A stretch of DNA of 64,000 bases, taken from NCBI GenBank assembly GCA_951406725.2, contig OX597818.1, positions 131,378,001 to 131,442,000 of the forward strand, read 5' to 3'. This document shows positions 1-13,369 of the stretch, one piece after another. Numbering within the stretch: position 1 is the first letter of the stretch; every line of letters starts with the position of its first letter. This stretch comes from Octopus vulgaris. Lineage: Eukaryota. The notes beneath the pieces were generated by a model. That model saw nothing but the letters and a program-made list of their open reading frames with translations. It was not told the origin of the DNA and did no database searches. The position numbers were made by a program, and so were the translations under genes.

Positions 1-409
1 CAGAAAGAAAACAAAAACAAAAATCCAAAATAAAACAAATGATTCAATTATAAATAGTACCGTATAAGAAGAGACAGAGAAGCTGCATTGAGCAAGTATT
101 AAATAGTAAGAGACAGAATAATTAAAGAAATAAAAAAAATACATTGAGTATTAACCATCAAAATGGAATAATAAATCAATTCCATTTAAAGTGATTCTTT
201 TAAATGATGTTTTGTTTTTGTCTCCGAATAATAGAATTCTTTGAGTGAAATTGGTTGTTTTATTTTCAGCCAAATAACATTATTTTTTATTTGTAAAAGA
301 AAAAAAAAAATCTTTATCATTTTATGATTTATTTTGACTGTTGAAATATGTAGATAGTTAAAGGTGCAAATTTTGTGTTAGCTTCTCTTCCACGTCCCAA
401 TTTATATTA

Positions 410-1298
410 TACTGTGTAACGAAATTTTTATTTATTTATCTATTTATTTTGTCTTTGGTCAGTAAGTGTAATTTCTTATTTGCTTCTATCTAGAAGTCAA
501 AAGGAAATTACTTTTATTCCCTTCAAACTTTGCTTTTGTGAACTGGACATCAATGTTTTGAAACTGACCTATTTTCCATTACATTTCAGACAGATTCACT
601 GCTGAGTTGCTGAAGCAGAAATATCATTAAAGCAAATAATCTGCCCAGTACCACAGATCTGCTTGTTAGTTGCTTGACCTCAACCACTTGAGCATGTCCC
701 CTAGTGGCTGACAATATGTGCATCACTGATCATGAGCAAGTGTTGTTGGGGAGCATCATAGCCATGTGTGGAGGCGCAATGGCCCAGTGGTTAGGGCAGC
801 GGACTCGCGGTTTCGATTCCCAAACCGGGCGTTGTGAGTGTTTATTGAGCAAAAACATCTAAAGCTCCACGAGGCTCCGGCAGGGGATGGTGGTGATCCC
901 TGCTGTACTCTTTCACCACAACTTTCTCTCACTCTTACTTCCTGTTTCTGTTGTACCTGTATTTCAAAGGGCCGGCCTTGTCACTCTCTGTGTCACGCTG
1001 AATATCTTCGAGAACTACGGTAAGGGTACACGTGTCTGTGGAGTGTTCAGCCACTTACACGTTAATTTCACGAGCAGGCTGTTCCGTTGATCGGATCAAC
1101 CGGAACCCTCGTCGTCATAACTGACGGAGTGCTTCCTTCCTTCCCATAGCCATGTATCAAGAGGAATTCTTGGGAGTTTGAATAAATGGAACAAAAGTAA
1201 AGATTGAAGGAAATATTAGCCATTTTCCATGCTTTCTAGAGGTAAGCAAATAGGAAATAACAGTTGCCATCCAAGGACAGAAATCGTCTTACACAGTG
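410..1298. mobile_element. Non-autonomous DNA transposon (Chapaev3/CMC-like MITE), interrupted by a SINE
   Basis: Termini (T)ACTGTGTAA...TTACACAGTG, imperfect long TIRs (ATTTCTTATTTGCTT / AAGCAAATAGGAAAT), 3-bp TTA duplication on both sides (407-409, 1299-1301). Paralog at 31134-31883. Confidence 0.7.
768..1144 (+). mobile_element. tRNA-derived SINE family A (tRNA-Arg-like head)
   Basis: A-box TGGCCCAGTGG, B-box-like GGTTTCGATTCC, (TTCC)n tail, 11-bp TSD CATAGCCATGT (757-767 / 1145-1155). Confidence 0.9.
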
Positions 1299-1419
1299 TT
1301 ATTCTCAGGCTTTTGTCCTAAGTTTGTCATTGAAGATTTTAAATCTAACCTGGTTTCAATTCCTGGTTAAACCCATGTCACTACACACTAATTGCAAAAA
1401 ACAATTTGTGTAAAAGAAA

Positions 1420-1490
1420 CAAATGGCGGTGCCCCAGCATGGCCACAGCACATGAGCTGAAACTAGATAAAATAAAAATATAAAATAAAA
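1420..1490 (+). mobile_element. CR1-like LINE extreme 3' end
   Basis: GGCGGTGCCCCAGCATGGCCACAGC...GCTGAAACTAG plus (TAAAA)n tail; same end as the ORF-bearing copy at 63596-63880. Confidence 0.7.
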
Positions 1491-1617
1491 ATATTAACTG
1501 ATTTGGGGGTGAGGTGAAAACTAGGAACTTATGATTTTGTGTGTTTCACAAATACAAACAACATTTGTCTTCGTATGTGTGATTAAAAAGGTTGCTTTGC
1601 AACTCTGTGATATATAT

Positions 1618-1835
1618 ATAATCCTTTAGCACTCAGATTACTCTGTCAAATGAAATGCTTATTTACTCATATGTTTTGAATTAAATCATGCATTATCACA
1701 TAGCTTCAAGAGTTTTATGAGTATATTTTAAAAAAAATATTGCAGAGTACGTGTGAGAAACCAGACCTGGCCAATTTTAGCATAAAACAAGTAGAATAAT
1801 TTGGCCAGAATGTCTGGTTTAAATGCTAAAGGAAT
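1618..1835. mobile_element. piggyBac-type MITE, decayed
   Basis: CCTTTAGCA...TGCTAAAGG termini; reverse-complement homolog at 31030-31997. Confidence 0.55.
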
Positions 1836-2084
1836 AAACACACACATCCATATGCACACATTTATACAGACACCTACAAGTTCCAGTGTCATCATCTAAT
1901 AAAAAATATTCCTCTTTTTATATGTGCAGAACTGGGTGTATATATACGCATGAATACTGGTATTTACATCTACACAAAGATACACGTATAAATAAATATT
2001 CACATATACATACCCTATCAAATACAGTATGTATACTTTACTTATAATATACACATATATAACTATCTGATCCATGCCACATAC

Positions 2085-2307
2085 TGGTTGTCAAGCAGTA
2101 GTAGTGGACACATGCAGCCACAGAACACAAAGACCCACACTCATAGATACATATGACAGGCTTCTTTCAGTTTCCATCTACTAAATCCACTCACAAGGTT
2201 CTGATAGGCCCAGGACTCTAGACAGCTGCTTTAAGATGCCTTGGATTGGGACTGAACCTAGAATCATGTGATTAGGAAGCAAACTACTTACCACTCAACC
2301 ACACCTA
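2085..2307 (-). mobile_element. SINE family B, diverged 5' part
   Basis: Matches GGCTTCTTTCAGTTTCC...GGGACTGAACC...ACTACTTACCAC of family B. Confidence 0.7.
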
Positions 2308-3045
2308 CACTTATGTATGCATGTATGTATGATTGGATGTATATATGTGTGTATGTGTATCTGTGTATGTATGGATGTGTGGATGTATGGATGTGTGTAT
2401 GCATGCTTGACTATGTAGTATCGGTTACTCATGAATATGTACAAATATATGAATATATAAATATGTCTAAATATTAGCAGATTTCAAATTGATGAAACAA
2501 ACCATGTGAAGTGGACTGACTACCTTGAAAGTTTTATATACATGTGTGCATGTTTGTATGTGTGCGTGTGTGTGTTTGTGTGTGTGTGTGTGTGTGCGTG
2601 CATGTGTCTGTGTGTGTGTGTACAATGAATCATTTTTGTTTTCTGTAAGAAATAATCTTGTAATTAAAAGATAAAGATTTATATTCAATCACACACACGA
2701 CCAACATATGATAGCTGTTTATGTAAGAGACCTGTTCAAACATGAAGTCCAAATGGTTTTAAACTTGCAACTAACTATAAATGCACCTTGTTTAAGAGTG
2801 GTTTCTACTTGTCTTGCATATTCTTGTCTAAAGTTTACAGAGGAAAAAAAAAATGATTCTTTTAACTAGTTTTTTTTTTTTTGCTTTGTTATTTAGAAAA
2901 GTAATGTAATTAAAAAGTTTGTTAGCTCAACATAAATGTCTCACATGAGAGATGTTAATTGTGTAAATAATATTCAATGCAGAACAGCAAAACACCTAAT
3001 ACCTTTTCTCTGTAATATCTTACGTATTCATTTAATGATATATAT

Positions 3046-3238
3046 CATCATCATCACTTAACATCCGTCTTTGTGCATGCATGAGCAGGACAGTTAGCAG
3101 GAGTCGGCCAGCTAAAAGACTAACCCTAGGCAGCTGTGTCTGTTTTGGCAGGGATTTTATGGCTGGACACACTTCCTAATACCAATCACTCTGTAGATTG
3201 GACCGAGTGCTTCTTACTACACTGCAACACCTGCACCT
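3046..3238 (-). mobile_element. Old RTE 3'-UTR fragment with (GAT)n tail
   Basis: CATCATCATCAC-TTAACATCCG start; diverged homology to 10391-10709. Confidence 0.55.
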
Positions 3239-3892
3239 GTATATAGCATTATAAACTATGCATAACAAAATGGGTGAGGATTCTTCTAAAAGACTCCCTC
3301 AACCTGGGGAACATCCTTAATTCCAGAACAGAGGTCTTTGGACCATGCTTGCACTTCAGGTTATTTCTGCTACCTATTTGAACCCACAAAATAGCAGGGT
3401 CCCTTGTGATCAATAGCCAAAGGGAGAAATCCCTTGTTGTTGATACTGAATTTCCTCCTCCCTATACTAGAGAAGTCACTAGAGAGGCCTTAGGCCGACA
3501 GGTTTTGGGATCTGGTGATATGCTGTAAACCTAAGCAGTTTATGGACATGAAACCCAGGGTAATCTCCTAATTCGGCCTTATTTAACTTTAAAGGGATAT
3601 ATTATCACGGTGGTTACCGTGTTTCCTCTTACTTCAGTTTCAGATGCTGGTTAACCACAGCAGTCCTTTTATTATATCCAATGTTAACAATAAATTGCTA
3701 GACTCTGGTAACTATTCTTACTAGGAAAATCTGAGGGCCCTATTCGGGACTGTATAGTTTCTGTAGAGAATGTAACAGCATTAAAAATCATAAGAACAGA
3801 GATTTCTCGTATCTGTAAATAACTGTTTAATAAAATTACGAATGTGAAAAACCTCTGTTTTTATCATTATTAATAATACTATATATGATATA

Positions 3893-4287
3893 CTCTTTTA
3901 CTCTTTTACTTGTTTCAGTCATTTGATTGTGGCCATGCTGGAGCACCGCCTTTAATCGAGCAACTCGACCCCGGGACTTATTCTTTTGTAAGCCCAGTAC
4001 TTATTCTATCGGTCTCTTTTGCCGAACCGCTAAGTAACGGGGACATAAACACACCAGCATCGGTTGTCAAACAATGCTAGGGGGACAAACACAGACACAC
4101 GCATATATATATATACATATATACGACGGGCTTCTTTCAGTTTCCATCTATCAAATCCACTCACAAGGTTTTGGTCGGCCCGAGGCTATAGCAGAAGACA
4201 TTTGCCCAAGATGCCACGCAGTGGGACTGAACCCGGAACCATGTGGTTGGTAAGCAAGCTACTTACCACACAGTCACTCCTGCACCT
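3893..4287 (-). mobile_element. SINE family B, full length
   Basis: tRNA-like head (GGAGTGGCTGTGTGG / GGTTCAGTCCC), CORE-like CTTGGGCAAGTGTC, internal (TA)/(TG) tract, (GTAAAAGA)n tail. Confidence 0.9.
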
Positions 4288-4426
4288 ATAGGCATGAAGG
4301 AATTTCTGAAGTAAATCCAGTGATATTTACATCCATAGTGCTGATGATGATGTCAGGTAGCCGAAAACAGTGAATGGGCTTTAAACAGCATGCAAAGTGT
4401 GTACCCAAATTTAAGTTTATATATAT

Positions 4427-4464
<38 letters not shown>

Positions 4465-4679
4465 GTAGTATATACATTTGTCAATTGTGGAACACGACTG
4501 TAACTATATAAACCTGATAATGCATAAAGGTACTTGTTTATTTCAATATTGTAAAATTATAAAAACTGCAAATAATAAGACGTGAAAATCAGACTTGCTG
4601 GGAATTTCATTGATTAATATATTCTTCTATACACACTCATACAAAATCAGTTATATATATATATGTATATATATATATA

Positions 4680-4885
4680 GTTAATCCAAACAAGAAAGCA
4701 CAAAAAAACACAACGCGAGGACGTGGAACAAATATAGTATTATTGGACGCTCAGGAAAGAAGGAAAGAAGGAGGGTTTAACATTTCGAGTGGAGCTCTTC
4801 ATCGGAAACATAGAAGAAGGAAAGATCCAGAAAAGGGAAGACAGAGGAAAAAAAATCGCCAACGGTACACACGCGGTCACATTTT
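4680..4885 (-). mobile_element. ~200-bp hammerhead-bearing mini-element (PLE pseudo-LTR-like) in (TA)n
   Basis: Minus strand 4775-4809 reads GTTT-CCGATGA-AGAG-CTCCA-CTC-GAAA-TG-TT-AAAC. Ends in GGATTAAC+(TA)n. Paralogs at 21503, 45700, 46848. Confidence 0.75.
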
Positions 4886-4888
4886 GAA

Positions 4889-4938
<50 letters not shown>

Positions 4939-5209
4939 AATACATATATATATATATATATACATACATATATATATATATTATTAAATGATATGATGCA
5001 AAAGTGTCCGTGTTTTCATGATTCCCCAATATTGTCATTTTGTAGAAGACTGAAATCATTTTGAAACAAAATTATGATGATATATACTATTAATTGTTCT
5101 TTCATGCATTGAATGTTTGGTGCATGTACTGTGTTTTGTATGTTATAATAATATAGCATTAAAATAAATTTTTCATATATATATTTTAAATATATGGTCC
5201 CTTTGAAAT

Positions 5210-5642
<433 letters not shown>

Positions 5643-5966
5643 TCTATGAGAATTACTTAATAGTCTTGAAGTGAAATGATGATTTTTTAAAAATTACTTT
5701 TTGAAAAAATGTTACTAACCTCTATTGGAGAGAAGTTTTCGTCCAAGTGTGTGAGCACTTCGATATATTGATAATACATATATATTCATCATGTACACAT
5801 ATATATATGTTGACAATATATATATTCATAATATACAACTATATATATGTTGACAATATATATATTCATAATATACAGCTATATATACATACATATATAT
5901 ATATATATATATATTTATTTGATTGATTGATATATATATACTAATAATACACACACACTCACACAG

Positions 5967-6000
<34 letters not shown>

Positions 6001-6559
6001 ATATTGGTTTAACAGTTTAATTGTTAAACTTGAAGTATAAAAGCTATAAATAATAGAGTGTAAGAATCATGTTAAAAGACTTTGGTATATGGGCTGTGAT
6101 ACCTACCATTTAAAAATGAATATTTTAGGGCATATGGCTTTGATTTCTCTGAAAATTCTATTTTACTGTACATATTATTAATTATCTCAAAAACAAAAAA
6201 GGAAAACAAACAAACAAATAAAAAACAATTACTCCTTTTAGGAGGAATTTTTTTTAAAGCAAGGTATAGCTTAGATAAAGGGCTGTTGTAGCCCTGTATT
6301 TTGCAAAACTTAAACGAGTGTAATTGGCTTTGAATATTTGCAGTGCAGTAGTGAATATATAAAAACAAAATATAGATAAACAAACAAAACGATAAAAGTT
6401 AAAAACCTTCTCATAAAGGTAATCAATTGTACCTCCCATAGAATGATATTTATTCCAATACACTTACATACATATTGGTTAGGTTTCCCAATATGCATCA
6501 TTAATAAAATTGAAAAATTCTTCAAACAGTGAAAGAAAAGGTTTCTTCTTTTTAAAATC

Positions 6560-6616
6560 AATTATTATTACTGCTATTATTATTATTATTATTAATACCG
6601 TTATTATTAATATTAC

Positions 6617-6676
<60 letters not shown>

Positions 6677-6743
6677 ATTACTTTATTATTATTATTATCA
6701 TTATCATTATTATTATTATTATCATTATTATTTATTATTATTA

Positions 6744-6786
<43 letters not shown>

Positions 6787-6788
6787 CA

Positions 6789-6819
<31 letters not shown>

Positions 6820-6878
6820 ATACCGTTATTATTAATACTACTTTATTATTTTTATTATTATTATTATTATTATCATTA

Positions 6879-6947
<69 letters not shown>

Positions 6948-6986
6948 ACCGTTATTATTAATATTACTTTATTATTATTATTATTA

Positions 6987-7023
<37 letters not shown>

Positions 7024-7142
7024 CATTATTATTTATTATTATTATTACTTTATCATCATCATTATTATTATTATCATTATTATTTATTATTATTACTTTA
7101 TCATCATCATTATGATTATTATCATTATTATTATTATTATTT
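6560..7142. repeat. (TTA)n/(TCA)n compound microsatellite with a higher-order unit
   Basis: ~580 bp of TTA repeats; ATTAATACCGTTATTATTAATA recurs at about 6591, 6816 and 6942. Confidence 0.95.
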
Positions 7143-7837
7143 TATAATAAATTTTAAATGGCTTCTCTCTCTTTAAATACAACAAACATAGAAGATAAAA
7201 ATTACAACTCTGTATATTTATAAGGTTTATAATTTAGCGTAATTCGCATAAATTTTCATTTGATAAGTAAATATACAAAACAAAATGATACGTTTGATGC
7301 TAAAAGAAGAACGGAAAAAAAGAGAAACCTATTTAAAATAATATATCAAAGTAAAACAATGATTTCAATTACTATTTTTTTTTCTTTTTATTAATATTGT
7401 TGTTATTCCTTTCTTGTATATGATTAGCGAATGGATGATTTGAAATGAAGTGAAAATAAAAATAATATTGTTACATTTTGTTGCGGTCATATTAGCTACA
7501 TATTAAATAAATGCATCACTGATTTTATACCTTTATTCCTGTTTTATAGTTATTAGCATCAAATTATTTTGCCATATATCTATAACCTAGTCATTGATAC
7601 TCTATTACACACAATTTCTGATACTCGAATGAAATTAATATTGTTAATAATTTACTTTTTTCTTTCTTTCTTTTTTTTTTTGTCTTGTTTTTATTTTGTA
7701 TATAAAACCTGTCAGGAAATCAAAACAGAAAATGTAGGAAGTATTCATTTTTCAAGCAAAACAGGTGAGAAGAAGTATTTGATACGAAGAGTAAACAATG
7801 TCCCAGCGCTCTGTTGTTTACAATGATGTGTGTTGCA

Positions 7838-8112
7838 GATGATTCGATCAACAGAACAGTTTGCTCCTGAAATTAACATAAGTGGTTGAGCACTTCATAG
7901 ACACTCATACTCTTAATGTAGTTCTCAGGGATATTCAGCCTGACATAAAATGTGACAAGGCCGGCCCCTTTGAATTACAGGTACAACTTGTTTTTGCCAG
8001 CAAAGTGAAATAAAGTGTTTTGCACAAGGACGCAGCACTTTGTTGGGAATTGAACTCACAACCTGTTGGTCATGAGCTGAACATCCAAACCACAAAGTCA
8101 TGTGCTTTCACA
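7838..8112 (-). mobile_element. SINE with family D-type head and family A-type 3' domain (diverged)
   Basis: 7838-7990 is the reverse complement of the family A body. 8000-8112 resembles the head/CORE-like part of 46489-46620. Confidence 0.7.
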
Positions 8113-8157
8113 GAGTAAGCAATAACAACAAAACGTAGGAATAAAACATTGACTTAC

Positions 8158-8311
8158 CTTAATTTCATTCTTGAATCTTTCTGGATTCTTAATATTAGCA
8201 ACATCTTCTTGACCACAGAAAAAAACAATTACATTGAAGATGATTCTGAGAAAGTTTCCAATATGGCAATCAGAGATGGAATAGTCATCGGTAATTAGTA
8301 TCAAAGTGATG
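8158..8311 (-). CDS. fuz: Internal coding exon of Fuzzy planar cell polarity protein (CPLANE complex, first longin domain)
   Basis: Minus strand: polypyrimidine tract + CTACAG| and AAG|GTAAGT. Encodes (S)ITLILITDDYSISDCHIGNFLRIIFNVIVFFCGQEDVANIKNPERFKNEIK, 51 aa aligning without gaps to recalled human FUZ SITLIVLSSEVGISELRLERLLQMVFGAMVLLVGLEELTNIRNVERLKKDLR. Confidence 0.88.
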
Positions 8312-8514
8312 CTGTAGAAAGAAAATAAAGAAAAAACAATTTTTTAAAAAGTTAGTTTGTTCAAAGAAAACTGAAACTACAAAGAAAAGAAAATATAAAG
8401 CAGGTGCTGTTTAACTGCCCCACCCAACCATATCAGGCATAATTGAGCAGGCTTACGATCAAATGAGTTCGTCTGTGACAATTTGTCTTTTGTATAAATA
8501 CATATTATAAGTGC

Positions 8515-8905
8515 GTGGAGGCACAATGGCCCAGTGGTTAGGGCAGCAGACTCGCGGTCGTAGGATTGTGGTTTTGATTCCCAGACCGGGCGTTGTGAGT
8601 GTTTATTGAGTGAAAACACCTAAAAGCTCCACGAGGCTCTGGCAGGGGATGGTGGCGATCCCTGCTGTACTCTTTCACCACAACTTTCTCTCACTCTTAC
8701 TTCCTGTTTCTGTTGTACCTGTATTTCAAAGGGCCGGCCTTGTCACTCTCTGTGTCACGCTGAATATCCCCAAGAACTACGTTATGGGTACACGTGTCTG
8801 TGGAGTGCTCAGCCACTTACACGTTAATTTCACGAGCAGGCTGTTCCGTTGATTCAGATCAACCGGAACCCTCATCGTCGTAACCGATGGAGTGCTTCCA
8901 AAAAA
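8515..8905 (+). mobile_element. SINE family A, full length
   Basis: A/B boxes; TSD ATTATAAGTGC (8504-8514 / 8906-8916). Confidence 0.92.
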
Positions 8906-8913
8906 ATTATAAG

Positions 8914-9300
8914 TGCAGGCACAGCCGTGTGGTGAGATTTATGCTTCCTTAATACACATTTCTGGGTTCAGTATCACTGCATGGCACCTTGAGCAAGTGT
9001 CTTCTACTATAGCACTGGGCTAATCAAAGCTTTGTAAGAGGATCTGGTATTCAGAAACTGAAAGAAGCCTGTTAAATATATGTATGTGTATGTGTGCATC
9101 TTTGTATATGTTTGTTACCCACCACCCCCACCATCACTTGACAACTGGTGTTGGTGTGTTTATGTCCCCTGAAACTTAGTAATTTGGTTAAAGAGACCAA
9201 TGGTGTAACTACCAGGGTTTAAAAAAAATATGTACTGGTGTTAATTCATATGACAAAAGTCCTTCAGAGTGGTGCCCTGTCATGGCTGCAGTCTGATAAA
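8914..9300 (+). mobile_element. SINE family B, diverged
   Basis: Colinear with the family B consensus from head to GGTGCCCTGTCATGGCTGCAGTC. Confidence 0.8.
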
Positions 9301-10390
9301 TGATACATACATGCATAGATATAGTGTTAGATATACAATGTCTGAGAAAAAGATGGGATACTGATGAATGGTAAGCCTCTGAGAAGTCTGGCACTATGTA
9401 ACAAGAACTACAAGAAGAACATCTATTTAAGAAGATAGTGGATTTGCAATACACATGGTATAGCCTAGGCATAAAACTTAGAAATGAACTGGTAACACCA
9501 ACTAGCAAACTTGATGGAAATACCTGTAAGATGCTTGCCAAGATTTTTCAAAAATAATGGGAAGGAATAAAAGAGAATAAAAAAAAGGGAAATGGGAGAA
9601 ACTTGAAGTAAACAACACAGCAAACACATATTCTTGGTCAAGATAGTCTTTGCATGAAATTTGAATGCAGACATGGCTGAGTTCAACTAAGCCACAACCA
9701 CGACTATGTAGTTAAGAGATTTCCTTCACAACTCTGTGATTTCTGATTCCCTTTCTGTGTGCAGCACCTTGGGTGTGACTTCTACCATTGTAACCAAGAC
9801 TTCTCATGTGGTACCAAATTCGAAACCATGTGATTACAGAGGGAACTTTGGAACATTATGGTCATCATGCCTGCACCTTTAGCCGTACCTGTACCTATTC
9901 TACTTATCTCACAGAAAATTTTAAAAGACGCAAAATAAAAGTTAGATGCACTCTGTCTGAAACCACTAACAACAAGGTAGTCATAGTCTGCCATCATATA
10001 CAAATTCCATCTGCTCTGATACTTTTGTTGATGGAAACGTTCTCCCCAATGCTTTTCCCTGACTCCTAATAAAATATATAAATTGTAATGAACAGTTGTA
10101 CTAAATTTCACATGTAAACAATACAGTATTCTGGAATATCTGGGAAATTGCAAACATTGTGGGGTTTACATATCAAGAAATCTAGAAATGATGATAAAAA
10201 ATGGATTCCATTTTACGATTCAGCATATCAAAACCCCTTCAAATCAGGTAAAAACATCCTAACAAACCTGCTGAGTTGTGTAATATAAACTTGTGTTTAT
10301 TCTTATTTTTCATATATATATGTGTGTGTGTGTGAATACAGGGTGGCCCAACAACCACAAAGGTGTTAAAAATTCAGTATTTTAGATTTA

Positions 10391-10709
10391 GGCCGTTGCC
10401 AGCGCCGCCCCGACTGGCCTCGTGTCAGTGGCACGTAAAAAGCACCATCCGTTCGTGGCCGTTGCCAGCCTCGCCTGGCCCCCGTGCCATCCAATCGTGG
10501 CCGTTTGCCAGACTTGTCTGACACCTGTGCTGGTGGCACGTAAAAAGCACCCACTACACTCACAGAGTGGTTGGCGTTAGGAAGGGCATCCAGCCATAGA
10601 AACATTGCCAGATCAGACTGGGCCTGGTGCAGCCTTCTGGCTTCCCAGACCCCAGTTGAACCGTCCAACCCATGCTAGCATGGAAAGCGGACGCTAAACA
10701 ATGATGATG
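10391..10709 (+). mobile_element. RTE LINE 3' UTR (5'-truncated) with (GAT)n tail
   Basis: GTGGCACGTAAAAAGCACC repeats and CCAACCCATGCTAGCATGG...GATGATGAT. The same tail is attached to the RTE ORF at 16578-17215. Confidence 0.75.
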
Positions 10710-11090
10710 ATAACTTAGAACCACATACAGTATGCACACACACACATACACACATATATATACACACACACACATATACATACACACACACACATATATA
10801 TACATACGCACACAACACATACACACAAACATGCACATATATTAAACTGATACATATCCCTGTGTTGCACATGGTGAACCATGTGGCATGTGTATATTTA
10901 AGCAAAATGTATGCATATTGATCAAAAGTTTTTAACAATCACACTATTCAATTAATTTTATACTTAATTCTAATATTGGAAGCTTTCAAATACGGTTAAT
11001 GTTAATAGAACTTTTACTTTTAGATAAAATTTTATATTAAGTTTTAATGTGAACAGTGATTTGGGGGTTTTATTTAGTCCTAGATTATAT

Positions 11091-11493
11091 ACTCTTTACT
11101 CTTTTACTTGTTTCAGTCATTTGACTGTGGTCATGCTGGAGTACCACCTTTAGTTGAGCAAATCGACCCCAAGACTTATTCTCTGTAAGCCTAGTACTTA
11201 TTCTGTCAGTCTCTTTTGCTGAACTGCTAGATTGCGGGGATGTAAACACACCAGCATCAGTTCTCAAGTGATGTTGGGGGGACAAACACAGACACACAAA
11301 CTTATACACATACATACATATATATATACATATATATACGATGGGCTTCTTTCAGTTTCCGTCTACCAAATCCACTCACAGACTGAGGCTACAGGAGAAG
11401 ACACTTGCCCAAGGTGCCACACCACACAGTGGGACTGAACCCGGGACCATGTGATTCATAAGCAAGCTACTTACCACACATCCACTCCTACAC
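11091..11493 (-). mobile_element. SINE family B
   Basis: Colinear with 3893-4287. Confidence 0.88.
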
Positions 11494-11649
11494 CAACATA
11501 TAAAAGAAGAAAATAACAAACTGTTGTGCATCATTAACTTAGTTCTCAATTCATGCACAAGAGTAAACAAGTTCTATTGACGACCATCTCATCTTTTTGT
11601 CAAGCACAGTTTACTGCTGATTAAATCATCCAATGTGATATGTCTTTAA

Positions 11650-11870
11650 CCCTTTCGTTACCAACCCGGCTGAAATCGGCTCTGGCTCTTTAGTATAAAC
11701 GTCTTGTTTTCATAAGTTTTGAATTCAAATCTTCCACCAAATCTTAGTCACAATTTATGTTCCTAACACTCACTCAATGATAACGATGTTATTTTACTAA
11801 ATTCTTTGTTATATTTAAAATAATTGGAAGAAACACAGAGCATCTCAAAATAAATACAGTAACAAAAGGG
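11650..11870. mobile_element. piggyBac-type MITE
   Basis: TTAA|CCCTTTCGTTAC...GTAACAAAAGGG|TTAA, i.e. TTAA duplication and CCCTT TIRs. Family members at 62608-63046. Confidence 0.85.
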
Positions 11871-11969
11871 TTAACTAACTTTAAATGGTAAGGGTGTAGT
11901 TCAAGGGAGATATTGTTATTACACTTAGCAAATCAAGAGGCCATAGCATAACAATCTACAGTGTGGTAA

Positions 11970-12346
11970 CAGCTCATGGCTGTGTGGTAAGAAGCTTGCT
12001 GCCCAACCACATGGTTCCAGGTTCACTCTCAGTGCATGACAACTTGGGCAAATGTCTTCAACTATAGCCTTGGGCTGACCAAAGCCTTGTGAGTGGATTT
12101 GGTAGATGGAATATAAAAGATGCCTGTCATATGTGTGTGTGTATGTCTTTGTGTATGTGGCCCCTGTCATCACTTGACAAGTGGTATTGCTGTGCTTACA
12201 TCCCTATAATTTAATGGTTCAGCAAAAGAGACTGATAGAATAAGTACTTGACTTAGAAAAACAAGTCCTGCGATCAATTTGCTTGACTAAGGCAGTGCCC
12301 CAGTGTGGCCACAGTCAAATAACTGAAATCAGTAAAAGATAGAAGA
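11970..12346 (+). mobile_element. SINE family B, diverged
   Basis: Colinear with the consensus. Confidence 0.82.
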
Positions 12347-12409
12347 TGTGTGTGTATACGTGTGTGTGTGTGTTCATAATGTAGTTTGGACTCTCCTATC
12401 ATTAGACTA

Positions 12410-12690
12410 TGGATGAAGGATCTGCAATTTTTTTGCTGAACAACCACACAGATAATTTGTTTATAGTGATTAAATGGTTATGTTCACACAAGCCCACTCT
12501 CTCCATTAAATTGACATTGCCTCTACAACTACACAAGTGTGCCACAAGTGATATGTTGAAATGATCGCAGAGTAACGGGAAATGAAGTGTTTTGCTCAAG
12601 AACACAACTCACCACTCTATCCAGGAATTGAAACCACAATCTCACAATCATGAGTACAACATCCTTACAACTTAGCCATGAACCTTCACT
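12410..12690 (-). mobile_element. SINE with D-type head/CORE-like part and a distinct 3' domain
   Basis: GTGAAGG..CATGGCTAAGT head and TTCTTGAGCAAAACACTTCATTTC on the minus strand. Confidence 0.6.
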
Positions 12691-12943
12691 ATATTTATAC
12701 ACACACACACACACACACATAGACAAACAGACAGACAGACGGACGGACGGACGGACGGACGGAAAGACAGACAGACAGACAGATAGCTAGATAGATAGGT
12801 TTAGGAGATGAATCTGATTATGTCTCTTAAACCTATCTATATATATGTATATAATACAGTGAGTAATCCATTTTGGTACCACTAAATTGAACTTCTGTCC
12901 CCTGTGGACTCAGAAATAACTTCCCTAATATTAATATATATAT

Positions 12944-13369
12944 AGGCGCAGGAGTGGCTGTGTGGTAAGTAGCTTGCTAACCAACCACATGGTTCCGGGT
13001 TCATTACCACTGAGTGGCATCTTGGGCAAGTGTCTTCTGCTATAGCCCCGGGCCGACCAATGCCTTGTGAGTGGATTTGGTAGACGGAAACTGAAAGAAG
13101 CCTGTCGTATATATGTATATATATAAATATGTATGTGTGTGTTTGTGCGTCTGTGTTTGTCCCACTAGCTTTGCTTGACAACCGATGCTGGTGTGTTTAC
13201 ATCCCCGTCACTTAGCGGTTGGGGAAAAAGAGACCGATAGAATAAGTACTGGGCTTACAAAGAATAAGTCCCGGGGTCGATTTGCTCGACTGAAGGCGGT
13301 GCTCCAGCATGGCCGCAGTCAAATGACTGAAACAAGTAAAAAAGAGTAAAAAAAAAAAGAGTAAAGAGT
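12944..13369 (+). mobile_element. SINE family B, full length, young
   Basis: GGCGCAGGAGTGGCTGTGTGG head through AAGAG tail; CpGs retained. Confidence 0.92.

Noticed and set aside
768-840. tRNA gene-like sequence with A/B boxes
   Set aside because: SINE head: no complete cloverleaf, and it continues into the SINE body.
838-1090. Recurring 60-85-aa ORFs (MVVIPAVLFHHNF...) seen five times in the window
   Set aside because: They lie in SINE family A copies with TSDs; recurrence reflects the repeat, not a gene family.
3260-3830. Unique moderately GC-rich stretch considered as a further fuz exon
   Set aside because: No frame I checked gave Fuzzy-like sequence; probably an old unclassified repeat.
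6510-7115. 201-aa ORF of poly-I/L/Y
   Set aside because: Translation of a (TTA)n microsatellite; no splice or homology support.
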